From an uncultured Clostridium sp. (lineage in GTDB: Bacteria > Bacillota > Clostridia > TANB77 > CAG-508), in contig CAKNRV010000003.1 of assembly GCA_930991035.1 (NCBI GenBank), forward strand, positions 1,097 through 65,096: a stretch of 64,000 nt of DNA. Direction: 5' to 3'. The first letter of the stretch is position 1, and the number at the start of each line of letters is the position of its first letter. The translations under genes were made by a program, and so were the position numbers. A model generated the notes under the pieces. It worked only from the letters and a program-made list of their open reading frames with translations. It was not told the origin of the DNA and ran no database searches. Shown in pieces: positions 28,632 to 38,619 of this stretch.

Positions 28632-29453
28632 ATGAAAAAATTTGTTTCAGGAAAATGCCCTAATTGTGGGGCTGCTTTACAACTTGATAGTGAACAAACA
28701 AGTGCATTTTGTTCATATTGTGGTAGTAAAATTAGTGTTGAAGAATCTGTTGAAAAATTAAAACTTGAACTTTCTGGAAGCGTAGAAGTAGATGGAATTA
28801 ATTCAGTTAGCAAACTATATAAAAATGCTGAAAGTTATATGAAATTACAAGATTTTGATAGTGCTTTTAATACTTATGTCTCAATTGTTGATAACAATCC
28901 AGAAGAAATTCCAGCATATAAAGGAGCTTTAATAGCTGTTTCTCACAATATGACTCGTCTTGGTGATCCTCAAGAGGCATATCCTAGCAATTATTCTGGT
29001 TTATTCAATACATACTTAGATTATATAAAAAAATTAGACACAAAATCTGAAAATATTGATTTTGTTACAACTTTTACGGCATATTTTGATAAGCAAGCAA
29101 GTTTAGAAAAAAACACAGCATTATATGATAATCTAATAAGTCATATAAAGACTTTAAAAGACAATACAAAAAATTTAAAAAAGCATAGTTTTTCTTCAAC
29201 AGATTATTATAGTTTTTATTCAGTTAACGAGGAATATCAAACTATTATGAATTTATATAATCAACTAGATGAAGAATATAAAGCACGCATAACAGATATC
29301 GAAGATATTAAAAATTATTACAAAAAAGCATCTAAAAACAAAGGCTTTTTTTCACACGGCATAGGTAGAGTGCTTAAATGGTACTTTTGGTTTTGGGTTG
29401 CTGGCGCAGTTATTGGTGTTATAGTTGGAATTATACGAGCTTTTACTAATTAA
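28632..29453 (+). CDS. Zinc-ribbon plus TPR-like helical protein with a C-terminal TM anchor
   Basis: Start set at ATG 28632 (AAGGAG upstream). CPNCGAALQLDSEQTSAFCSYCG zinc ribbon, helical repeats (YKNAESYMKLQDFDSAFNTYVSIVDNNPEEIPAYKGA), and a C-terminal WYFWFWVAGAVIGVIVGII helix. Confidence 0.7.
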   Translation: MKKFVSGKCPNCGAALQLDSEQTSAFCSYCGSKISVEESVEKLKLELSGSVEVDGINSVSKLYKNAESYMKLQDFDSAFNTYVSIVDNNPEEIPAYKGALIAVSHNMTRLGDPQEAYPSNYSGLFNTYLDYIKKLDTKSENIDFVTTFTAYFDKQASLEKNTALYDNLISHIKTLKDNTKNLKKHSFSSTDYYSFYSVNEEYQTIMNLYNQLDEEYKARITDIEDIKNYYKKASKNKGFFSHGIGRVLKWYFWFWVAGAVIGVIVGIIRAFTN

Positions 29454-29490
29454 TAAGTTTTCGTTACCATTCATAGCTAATTTTAATACT

Positions 29491-29542
29491 GAGAAAAAGT
29501 ATATATTTTTTCTTTTAAAGATAAAAATATATACTTTTTCTC
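29491..29542. terminator. Bidirectional stem-loop (20-bp perfect stem) between convergent genes
   Basis: gagaaaaagtatatattttt (29491-29510) is the exact reverse complement of aaaaatatatactttttctc (29523-29542). Confidence 0.7.
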
Positions 29543-29611
29543 TAAAACAATATATTTTATAATATTGGCAAATTTGTTTCCATTTTCTTTTTTAATATTT
29601 TGGCAAACATT

Positions 29612-30439
29612 TTATTGCATTTTTTTGTCTCTAATTAAATTACGCATTGCAAAAATTTGGTCAGCGATTTCTTTTTTATCAACAGAACCTTCTGTATAAG
29701 TTCTAAATGCTCCACTATAACGTGTTCCAGCTAAAATAACAGAAACATATTCATTAATGTATCTTACATATTTTTTCTTCTTTGGAGCAAATTGCTTATC
29801 ACATACTTGAGATGTTGATACAGCTTCTATATCTTTGTAGAAGTATTCACTTGTTCCAGATTCATATACTAATCCTGTTGCTATATCTACATTTTCCCAA
29901 TAAATATATAATTGAGAATCACTGAAATAATAAACAGTGTTATGTAATAATGTGTATCTTAATTTGTCGTCAGAGCCAACTTTTACAAAGTATTTTGGAT
30001 CATCATCATTTTCCATTAATTGTTTTTTAGTATTCTTTTTGTTTAGCAATTTACCAAATAATCCTTTAGTGTTTTGCTCAAATCGAATTTTATCTGATGC
30101 TGTTATAGTTCTTGGTGCCATACCAGATGTTGCTATTGGGTCTATTAAAGAAACTTGCTCTTTAACAATTCCTAATCTTTCTAATGCTCTTGTTTTTGCT
30201 TGCTCTGCTTCATAAGCCATTGCCTTATCAACATCTTCTTCATGTGTAAAATCACTAAAGAATTTGTTTTTTATCCATAAAACTATTGCAGCAATTACAG
30301 CTACAACTCCTAAAAATCTAAAGAAACCTAATGGTACAAAGAAACATACTATACCAATAATAAGTACTAGCAATGGTACTACTGATTTTTTACCTCCAAA
30401 GTATGGTCTAATGTTACTACGATTAAAATTTTCTTGCAT
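29612..30439 (-). CDS. Membrane protein (two N-terminal TM helices plus a soluble domain), function unknown
   Basis: 275 aa with hydrophobic segments VVPLLVLIIGIVCFFVPLGFF and LGVVAVIAAIVLWI. No motif recognised. Confidence 0.6.
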   Translation of the reverse strand: MQENFNRSNIRPYFGGKKSVVPLLVLIIGIVCFFVPLGFFRFLGVVAVIAAIVLWIKNKFFSDFTHEEDVDKAMAYEAEQAKTRALERLGIVKEQVSLIDPIATSGMAPRTITASDKIRFEQNTKGLFGKLLNKKNTKKQLMENDDDPKYFVKVGSDDKLRYTLLHNTVYYFSDSQLYIYWENVDIATGLVYESGTSEYFYKDIEAVSTSQVCDKQFAPKKKKYVRYINEYVSVILAGTRYSGAFRTYTEGSVDKKEIADQIFAMRNLIRDKKMQ

Positions 30440-30662
30440 TTTTATTACATCCTTCCTTTTATTTATTTTTTATATTACTTAAAATATTAATTTTAGTAAC
30501 TTAAATTAATATTTTAAATTAATATCTAGTTTAATTATTTAACTATTACAAATTATTAGTTTTTGTGTTTTTTAGGTAATGAATATTTCTAATTCAAAAA
30601 TTCTAATTTTTATTAAAAGTACTATGTTTTAGGTTTCAATACATTTAATCTTTAAGCATTAT

Positions 30663-31262
30663 CTAAATAGCTAAATTAGGGTCAAATCCATCTATTTTTA
30701 GAATTTCTGCAAGCATTCTAATATCTTCTTGTGTTACTGAGCTTGATGCTCTTTGTAGTTCCTCTTCATAACTTGGTTCTTGTTTTAATCTTTTTAATTG
30801 ATAGTAATCATATTTTAAATATGCAATAAAATAGCTAAATATTCCTCTATCTTCTAACATTCTAGCAGTATTAGTTAAATCTATTGCTTGGTCAACAATC
30901 TGCCTTGTTTGGATAAATGGTCTTTTACCTTTTAGCAGACATACTGCATCCCAGAAATAAGCTTCTGGATTATCTATACTTTCTTCAATAGCTTTATTGA
31001 ATTTTTCTTCTGCCTTATCGTATGCATTTAATTTTAATAAGCACATACCCATTGATAGATTAATTTCTGGATTATCAGGGTGTTCTTCAAGTGTTTTTTG
31101 ATATGTCCCTTTGTATTGATTAAGATCTTTCATATCCATACCATATACACTATTAAATGTAGTTATTACTACTGGTCTACCACATGATTTACAATTTTTA
31201 GCAGATGTATCGACTGGTGCACCACATCCTGGACAAGTAATGTTTATAACTTCTAATGCCAT
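30663..31262 (-). CDS. Zinc-ribbon plus TPR protein (architectural paralog of 28632-29453)
   Basis: Start set at ATG 31262 (GGAGAGGAAG upstream). MALEVINITCPGCGAPVDTSAKNCKSCG is followed by TPR-like repeats (NLSMGMCLLKLNAYDKAEEKFNKAIEESIDNPEAYF). Confidence 0.7.
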   Translation of the reverse strand: MALEVINITCPGCGAPVDTSAKNCKSCGRPVVITTFNSVYGMDMKDLNQYKGTYQKTLEEHPDNPEINLSMGMCLLKLNAYDKAEEKFNKAIEESIDNPEAYFWDAVCLLKGKRPFIQTRQIVDQAIDLTNTARMLEDRGIFSYFIAYLKYDYYQLKRLKQEPSYEEELQRASSSVTQEDIRMLAEILKIDGFDPNLAI

Positions 31263-31372
31263 TATATTCTTCCTCTCCGTTAGTTTTAACAAAAATATTG
31301 TAACATATTTCGACAAAGATTGCAATATGTAAATTTCATAAATCTTTTGTATTTATACATATATTTTTCAGC

Positions 31373-33202
31373 CTACTCTTCTTCCTCGTCAAATTGTGAA
31401 TTATACAAATCAGCATAGAATCCACCTTTTGCGAGTAACTCTTCGTGTGTTCCTTGCTCGACAATATCTCCCCCATTCATAACTAAAATCAAGTCAGAAT
31501 TTTTAATTGTAGATAATCTATGTGCTATAACAAAGCTTGTTCTACCTTTCATCAGGTTATCCATTGCAGCTTGTATTTGTATTTCTGTTCTTGTATCTAT
31601 TGAACTTGTTGCTTCATCAAGTATTAGTATTTTTGGATCTGCTAAAATTACCCTTGCAATTGTAAGTAATTGTTTCTGTCCTGCAGATATATTTGAAGAC
31701 TCCTCGTTTATCATTGAGTTATATCCTTTTGGCAATGTTTTAATGTAATGATGCACGTGTGCTGCCTTTGCAGCTTCTATTACTTCGTCGTCTGTTGCAT
31801 CTTCTTTGCTGTATTTTATATTATCTTTTACAGTTCCTCCAAATAGCCAAGTATCTTGAAGCACCATACCGAACATTTTACGAAGTTCGCCTCTATCAAA
31901 ATCTTTTATATTATGCCCATCCACTAATATTGCACCATCTGTTACATCGTAGAAACGCATTAAAAGTTTTACCATTGTTGTTTTACCAGCACCCGTTGGT
32001 CCAACAATTGCAATTTTTTGTCCTTCTTTAACTTTTGCACTAAAATCTTTTATAATTATTTTATCTGGATTATATCCAAATTTTACGTGATTAAATTCTA
32101 CATTTCCTTTTAATTTGCTTGTATCTATGTTTCCTTTTGCTGTAACCACCTCTTCTGGCTCTTCTAGGAATTCAAATACTCTTTCTGCTGCTGCTACCAT
32201 AGATTGTAATGTGCTTGAAATTTGAGCAATCTGATTTATTGGCTGAGTGAATTGTTTGTTATATTGTATAAAACTTTGTATATTACCAACTGTAATTGTT
32301 CCTCTAATTGCCAAATATCCACCTGCTACTGCAACTCCTACATATCCAATATTAGATATAAAGTTCATTACTGGATGCATTAAACCTGATAAGAATTGTG
32401 CTTTCCACGCTGAATGGTACAACTCGTCATTTGCTTTATCAAAAGTATTTACTACTTTATCTTCTGCATTAAAAGCTTTTACAACAGTAAGTCCTCCATA
32501 AATTTCCTCTACCTGACCATTTACGTGTCCTAAATATTCTTGTTGTCTTACAAAGTATTTTTGAGACTTTCCAACAATGTTTTTTACAACTATCCCTGCA
32601 ATAGGAAGTATTACAAGTGATATTAATGTCATTTGCCAACTAATTGAAAACATCATAATTAGTATTCCTATTATAGTACAAACCGAAGTTATAATTTGTG
32701 TAATGCTTTGGCTTATATTCATACTTAAAGTATCAATATCGTTTGTAATAATTGATAGAACTTCTCCATTTGTTCTTTTATCAAAATAGTTCATTGGAAG
32801 TTTATTAATCTTAGCAATAATATCATTACGTATTTTATATGTGAGTTTTTGGACTATACCAGTCATTGTAAAACCTTGAACGAAGGAAAATATTGCACTT
32901 AATAAATATAATCCCAATAGTAGAATTGCAATTTCTGCTATTTTTCCAAAATCTATTCCGCTTCCACCAGATAATTTGCTTATAATTCCATTATATATTT
33001 CTGTTGTAGCATTACCCAATATTTTTGGTCCTACAATAGTAAATATAGTACTACCGATTGCAAAGATAATAACTACTATTAACCCTATTTTATATTTTGA
33101 CAAATATGAATCTAGTAATTTTTTTGTAGTCTTTTTAAAATCTTTTGGTTTCTCTGTTGCTCTTTGACCTCTTCCCATAGGTCCTCCCATTGGTCCTGGC
33201 AT
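31373..33202 (-). CDS. ABC exporter, fused permease/ATPase subunit (heterodimer partner B)
   Basis: 609 aa with six TM helices, Walker A GPTGAGKTT, signature SAGQKQ and Walker B ILILDEATS. Its start abuts the stop of the upstream ABC gene. Confidence 0.9.
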   Translation of the reverse strand: MPGPMGGPMGRGQRATEKPKDFKKTTKKLLDSYLSKYKIGLIVVIIFAIGSTIFTIVGPKILGNATTEIYNGIISKLSGGSGIDFGKIAEIAILLLGLYLLSAIFSFVQGFTMTGIVQKLTYKIRNDIIAKINKLPMNYFDKRTNGEVLSIITNDIDTLSMNISQSITQIITSVCTIIGILIMMFSISWQMTLISLVILPIAGIVVKNIVGKSQKYFVRQQEYLGHVNGQVEEIYGGLTVVKAFNAEDKVVNTFDKANDELYHSAWKAQFLSGLMHPVMNFISNIGYVGVAVAGGYLAIRGTITVGNIQSFIQYNKQFTQPINQIAQISSTLQSMVAAAERVFEFLEEPEEVVTAKGNIDTSKLKGNVEFNHVKFGYNPDKIIIKDFSAKVKEGQKIAIVGPTGAGKTTMVKLLMRFYDVTDGAILVDGHNIKDFDRGELRKMFGMVLQDTWLFGGTVKDNIKYSKEDATDDEVIEAAKAAHVHHYIKTLPKGYNSMINEESSNISAGQKQLLTIARVILADPKILILDEATSSIDTRTEIQIQAAMDNLMKGRTSFVIAHRLSTIKNSDLILVMNGGDIVEQGTHEELLAKGGFYADLYNSQFDEEEE

Positions 33203-35533
33203 CTATTTTCCTCCTTTCCCATTCAATTCTTCTTCTGATAATTGTGATAGAGCTATTTGCTTATATGTTTCGTTGTTTTGTAATAGTTCTTCGTGTGTGC
33301 CTTGCCCCACTATTTTGCCTTCTTCTAATACAATTATCTTATCAGCGTTAAGTATTGTGCTAATTCTTTGTGCAACTATAATTACTGTCTTATTTTCTGT
33401 TTTTTCTGCTAAAGCTTCACGTAGTTTGCTATCTGTTTTAAAATCTAGCGCAGAAAAACTATCGTCAAATATAAATATTTCTGGGTCTTTTGCAATAGCT
33501 CTTGCAATAGATAAACGTTGTTTTTGTCCTCCAGACACATTGCTTCCACCTTGAGCTATTGGGTCTTTGTATTTTTCTGGCTTTGATTCAATAAATTCAG
33601 TTGCTTGTGCTATTTCAGCAGCTTTTACCATTTGCTCATCTGACATATTGTCGTCTGCATATTTAATATTTGACTCTATTGTTCCAGAGAAAAGAACACC
33701 CTTTTGAGGTACAAATCCTATAATATCTCTTAAGTCTTTTTGCGAAACATCCTTAACATTAACTCCATCTACCCAAAGTTCTCCTCCTGTAACATCATAA
33801 AACCTTGGAATTAAATTTACTACTGTGGATTTACCACTACCAGTGCTTCCTATTAAAGCTGTAGTCTTTCCTGGCTCTGCTGTAAAGTTAATGTCTTCTA
33901 GTATCTCTGTATCTGCATCTGGATATCTAAATGATACATTCTTAAATTCTACTAATCCCTTCTTTTCTGGATTGAATGGCTTTGTTTCTTTCTTATCTCT
34001 TATACTTGGTTCTGTATCAACTACCTCATTAATACGTTTTGCAGACACTGCAGCTCTTGGAAGTATTATTGAAATCATAGAAATCATTAAAAATGCCATA
34101 ACTATTTGCATTGTATATTGGATAAATGCCATCATATCTCCGACTTGTAAAATTCCACTATCTATATTATGTGCACCTACCCATACAATAAGAACTGTAA
34201 TAGAACTCATAATAAACATTAAAAGTGGCATCATCATTGACATTGCTCTATTTACAAATACATTTGTCTTCATTAAAACTTTATTTGACTCTTCAAAGCG
34301 TTCTTCTTCTTTCTTTTCTTTGTTGAATGCCCTAATAACAGGAAGTCCCGTTAAAATTTCTCTTGAAACTTGATTTAATTTATCTATTAAATCTTGCAAT
34401 TTCTTAAATTTAGGCATTGCAACTATAAATAGAGTTCCTACTACAAATAGAATTGCAAGTATTGCTACACCAATAATCCATGCCATTGCATTATCACTAG
34501 TTGTAAGTACTTTTACAAAACCTCCAATACCAATAATTGGTGCATACACTACTACTCTAAATAAAAATGTTATAAGTTGCTGTATTTGTTGTATATCGTT
34601 TGTGCTACGAGTAATAAGAGATGCTGTTGAAAATTCTCGAAGTTCCGCTGTTGAAAAGTTTAAAACTTTTTTGAATACTTTGTCTCTTAAAGTTTTTCCA
34701 AGTTTTGCTGCTACTCTTGATGACAATAGCATAATTGAAACTGCTGATACCATACTAACTAATGCAACACCTAACATTTGGAAACCGGATAAAAGAATGT
34801 AATCATTTTGTAGTTTATCTGTGTCAGCTCCTAAATTTGAATATATTGTTTTTACACTACTAATCGCTGCTTGTTCTTTAATAGAATCAGCCATCTGAGA
34901 TACATAACTTGTAAACTCTTCTAATACTGCTTCTCTTTGTGCTTCTGGCATTTGTTTTAACATATCCATTACACTTATAGATTCTAAATTTGCTTGATTC
35001 TCTAATGTAACATTATTATTAACATTTTGTGTTTGACCAATAGATTCTCCGTCATTTGCTACATTTTGAGTCATATTTTGCAATATTTGATCTTTAATTT
35101 GATTTTCTGTTTCTTCATTTGTAACTGCACTATACTCTACAAGTGGACCAGATATCAAATTAACCAAAGAACTTAGTTGCTCTTCTTCTAAGTCTTTAAT
35201 AACATAGAGTCTATTTTCTCCATTTTTAAGTTCTTCACTAACATACTTATTAATTTTTTTCTCTTGCTCTTTCGTTGGATTTTCCTCTACTATATCGTAG
35301 TTCTCTAGTATTTGTTCGTCTGCATCCGTGAAAAATAAAATATTTTCCATATCTTGTTCTGAAATAACTTCTGGTGCTGCTGCTTTAATTCCGCCATTTT
35401 GTATACCTACATTTACAATCCTAGAAGTATAATCTGGAAGAGCTAAATCTGCAGTTGCCTGAATACATAAAAGAATTACGATTATTAATACAGATACCCA
35501 AGAATTTTTTAGATTTTTTAATACTTTTAGCAT
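33203..35533 (-). CDS. ABC exporter, fused permease/ATPase subunit (heterodimer partner A) with a ~200-aa extracytoplasmic insert after TM1
   Basis: 776 aa with Walker A GSTGSGKST, signature SGGQKQR and Walker B IFIFDDSFS. Confidence 0.9.
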   Translation of the reverse strand: MLKVLKNLKNSWVSVLIIVILLCIQATADLALPDYTSRIVNVGIQNGGIKAAAPEVISEQDMENILFFTDADEQILENYDIVEENPTKEQEKKINKYVSEELKNGENRLYVIKDLEEEQLSSLVNLISGPLVEYSAVTNEETENQIKDQILQNMTQNVANDGESIGQTQNVNNNVTLENQANLESISVMDMLKQMPEAQREAVLEEFTSYVSQMADSIKEQAAISSVKTIYSNLGADTDKLQNDYILLSGFQMLGVALVSMVSAVSIMLLSSRVAAKLGKTLRDKVFKKVLNFSTAELREFSTASLITRSTNDIQQIQQLITFLFRVVVYAPIIGIGGFVKVLTTSDNAMAWIIGVAILAILFVVGTLFIVAMPKFKKLQDLIDKLNQVSREILTGLPVIRAFNKEKKEEERFEESNKVLMKTNVFVNRAMSMMMPLLMFIMSSITVLIVWVGAHNIDSGILQVGDMMAFIQYTMQIVMAFLMISMISIILPRAAVSAKRINEVVDTEPSIRDKKETKPFNPEKKGLVEFKNVSFRYPDADTEILEDINFTAEPGKTTALIGSTGSGKSTVVNLIPRFYDVTGGELWVDGVNVKDVSQKDLRDIIGFVPQKGVLFSGTIESNIKYADDNMSDEQMVKAAEIAQATEFIESKPEKYKDPIAQGGSNVSGGQKQRLSIARAIAKDPEIFIFDDSFSALDFKTDSKLREALAEKTENKTVIIVAQRISTILNADKIIVLEEGKIVGQGTHEELLQNNETYKQIALSQLSEEELNGKGGK

Positions 35534-35677
35534 ATTTTCTCCTTTTTAAATTTTATTTTCTGTTATTAATACTTATACTATTAAGTACTAGCTACTCTCG
35601 AGATATATATTATATGCTTTTTTTTGAGCATTGTAAATGCAAGTTCATAAAATTTTATGTGAATTCTATGTGAATTT

Positions 35678-36499
35678 TTATTGCAAATTACTTATATTGT
35701 GTCTTTCTGAATAAACTTTTAAAATATCTTTTGCGAAAGTATCAAAAGCTAGTGTAGCATATTCGATTGGGAACTGTTCTGAAATTAATCCATCTTTTTT
35801 TAATTCCTGACTATTTTTATATAGTTTTGGAATTTTTTTATTAAAATCAACAATTAATAACGTACATCTTTCATATAAGTAGCTTTCTTGTCCCAATTTT
35901 CTATTATTGATCGAATTAAAAAAGCTTATATATTTTTCTATATTAGTATGATGTGTTTTAAACCCAACTATGTTCTTTTTTGCTAAATCATTATCATACT
36001 CATAAGTTGGTATTAGATATACCTCACCTAAAACTATCTCATTATATCTTATATGTAAATTGTATGCTTCGGCAAATGTTCTTTCGAATAATGTATCTGC
36101 ATTTTTTGCTAAACTACTCATTTGACTACGAACATTTATCACTAATGAATTTTCTGAAAACTCATAACCATACTGGTCAATCTTATTTTCAAAAGCTAAA
36201 GGTCCCCAATTTATAATAATAGGTCTTTCTCGCATATTGGTTGGTAACACACAAATGTCTTGATTTTTTTGTTTTAAAAAACCTGCTAATTTTATTTCTG
36301 GGCTCTTTTTTCTAAATGGTGGAAAAATTTTATCTTTATTAACACCTTGCTTTATTAGTTCATACTTAACAGCATCATGTATCAAATTAATTAGAGCTGA
36401 TGATCTTATTACTGATGTTTTCCCTTTTGCTCCACCTGCTAAGATTGCATTTTCTATCATTTGTTTAAATTTAATTAATTGTTCTTCTATAAATTCCAT
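35678..36499 (-). CDS. Putative type II restriction endonuclease (partner of the upstream methyltransferase)
   Basis: 273 aa, 66 bp downstream of and co-oriented with an N6-adenine MTase. Extremely AT-rich. It has a possible PD-(D/E)xK-like arrangement (..NQDICVLP.. / ..LVINVRSQ..). The call rests mainly on context. Confidence 0.55.
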   Translation of the reverse strand: MEFIEEQLIKFKQMIENAILAGGAKGKTSVIRSSALINLIHDAVKYELIKQGVNKDKIFPPFRKKSPEIKLAGFLKQKNQDICVLPTNMRERPIIINWGPLAFENKIDQYGYEFSENSLVINVRSQMSSLAKNADTLFERTFAEAYNLHIRYNEIVLGEVYLIPTYEYDNDLAKKNIVGFKTHHTNIEKYISFFNSINNRKLGQESYLYERCTLLIVDFNKKIPKLYKNSQELKKDGLISEQFPIEYATLAFDTFAKDILKVYSERHNISNLQ

Positions 36500-36565
36500 T
36501 TATTACTCCAACTTTCTCTTTTATATTTTATTTTTGGTATTACAAAGTCTATGTACTATCAATTT

Positions 36566-38383
36566 TTATATATTTATATTATACTTATGAATCAACATTT
36601 TATTTATCTCTTGTTTATTATTACTCTCTAAAATTTTCAGTTCATTATTATTAAATTCTGGAATGGAAAATCTTTCTACATATTTTTTTTGATAGCAATA
36701 ATATCCTCCTTCTATTGTATAACTAGTATTTCTAATATAATACTTCATCAGATCTGAATTTAATATTTTTCCTAATACTTTTAGTGAAATTTTATCATTT
36801 TCAAAGATTGCATATCCATTACAAAATAATGCATTTTCATTTTCTATGTATTTAAACTTAGGATCTTTTGAAAAAGTTGGAAACAAGATCTTTTTACCAT
36901 ATTTATTTAATCCTTGCGTCCTACCATAAGCATACCATCCATAAGGATTTTTCTTTCCATTATCTCTCTTATCTAGTTTACTCTTCATATATTCTAAATA
37001 CTTATATGTGTCTGGATATTTGTTTTTTAATTCTTGTTCTTCTATCAATTTATACGTTCCTTTGCATTTGTAATATGGAAATATAATATATTGCATTGCA
37101 TCTTTTTCATTTTCACAATTTTTTAGTTCTGGAATCTTGTATATTGGCTTTACAATTTCTGGTTCAATATTAAATTTTATACCATCAACATTTTTATAAA
37201 ACTCATTTGCATTATTTTCAACTATATAAACCCCATCTTTTAATGTTGCAATACCTGTTCTAATAAATTCTTTTATTGGCATTTTTTGTCTCTCTATTTT
37301 TTTTATATTTTCAAGCGTAACTTTATTAACCAACTTCCACCCATTTTTATCTAATGCCGAGATGTCCATACTCTGATAATTTAGATTTTCTAGCTCTTTC
37401 TCAATATTATCACATTTATTCAAAACGACATACTTAAATTTTTTATTTATTTTTTTATTTAATTTTATTATGCAATTATATGTCCTAATCGGTTTAAATA
37501 TCATATTGTCTGCAAAATCAATTATAGATTCGATATTCTTTCCTGCTTGTAAAAGTTCTCTTAATCTATTTGCTGATTTTATAGTCAATACATTATTAGG
37601 AATAATATATTCAAGCGCTCCATTTTTATTTAAATATTTTAGTCCATTCTCTATAAATGCATAGCAAATATTAAATGTCCCTTTCTTAGTTGTTTCAAAA
37701 TTTTCTTTTAAGAATTTTACAGTATTCTTATCCATATTATGTGGATTTACATAAGGTGGATTTCCTATTATGTAATCAAACTTTTTTACGTTAAAAATAT
37801 TATTCCAGTTTTCTTTTAAACTGTCTGCAGTTACCAAATTAAGTTTGATGTCTTCTTTCAACTTTAGTTTATTGATTATACAATATAACTCTATTACATA
37901 TTTACATCTTCTGATATTATCTTCCATTATGTCAATACCATAAATATTCTCTTCTATTATTGTCTGTACATCAACTTTAAAGTGATTATGAATATATTCT
38001 ATTGCTGATATAAGAAATATTCCACAGCCACACCCTGGATCAATTATTCTTATATTTTTATCCCATACTTTTATGTTTTTGAAACAATCGTTAATAATAA
38101 AATCAGAAATATATTTTGGAGTAAAGACAATTCCATTTTCGTCCTTTTTTTCTTTATCTAATAAAAACTCAAAAAATTCTATTATATATTCTATATCTAT
38201 TGGAAATTTTTCTTCAATAAATATACTATATATTTTTTTATCTGTACTAGTATCTTCTAAAGTAATCATTCCTGCATTTACTTTTATATATTCAATTAGG
38301 CTTTCTTCTATTATTTCAACATCTGTTTTTACTAATTTCTTATATATTTTTTCAAAATAAGATATCCTTTTTTCTCTTTCCAT
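36566..38383 (-). CDS. Gamma-class N6-adenine DNA methyltransferase (Eco57I/TaqI-like, with C-terminal target-recognition domain)
   Basis: GIVFTPKYISDFI (motif X), IIDPGCGCGIFL (AdoMet motif I, aa 113-124), and IIGNPPYV (motif IV; NPPY encoded at 37751-37762). Confidence 0.88.
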   Translation of the reverse strand: MEREKRISYFEKIYKKLVKTDVEIIEESLIEYIKVNAGMITLEDTSTDKKIYSIFIEEKFPIDIEYIIEFFEFLLDKEKKDENGIVFTPKYISDFIINDCFKNIKVWDKNIRIIDPGCGCGIFLISAIEYIHNHFKVDVQTIIEENIYGIDIMEDNIRRCKYVIELYCIINKLKLKEDIKLNLVTADSLKENWNNIFNVKKFDYIIGNPPYVNPHNMDKNTVKFLKENFETTKKGTFNICYAFIENGLKYLNKNGALEYIIPNNVLTIKSANRLRELLQAGKNIESIIDFADNMIFKPIRTYNCIIKLNKKINKKFKYVVLNKCDNIEKELENLNYQSMDISALDKNGWKLVNKVTLENIKKIERQKMPIKEFIRTGIATLKDGVYIVENNANEFYKNVDGIKFNIEPEIVKPIYKIPELKNCENEKDAMQYIIFPYYKCKGTYKLIEEQELKNKYPDTYKYLEYMKSKLDKRDNGKKNPYGWYAYGRTQGLNKYGKKILFPTFSKDPKFKYIENENALFCNGYAIFENDKISLKVLGKILNSDLMKYYIRNTSYTIEGGYYCYQKKYVERFSIPEFNNNELKILESNNKQEINKMLIHKYNINI

Positions 38384-38619
38384 ATATACATATACTCCTT
38401 GTATTCAACAATAATTTTATATCATAAAAAAAGCAATTATTCAATTCTTTTTTATTTTTTGTTAATTTACCCATTAAGTATACAAAACATTTGTTTCTTT
38501 CGCAATACTTTATGATATTTTTTTTACAAAAAATTTTTAAATTATCTTGAAATGGATTTATTGCAATATTATCTAATTTATGCTATTATTGGCTCATATT
38601 AAAAAGGAATGTGATTAAA

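Noticed and set aside
30478-30530. AT-only 15-bp palindrome (ttaaaatattaattt / aaattaatattttaa) between the 30663 and 29612 genes
   Set aside because: It is composed purely of A/T, so it is thermodynamically weak and expected by chance in this composition. It is not reported as a terminator or a finding.
20626-31262. Prophage, ICE or transposon origin of the accessory cluster
   Set aside because: I saw no integrase, transposase, recombinase, tRNA attachment site or flanking direct repeats anywhere in the window. Codon and GC style of most cluster genes resembles the host.
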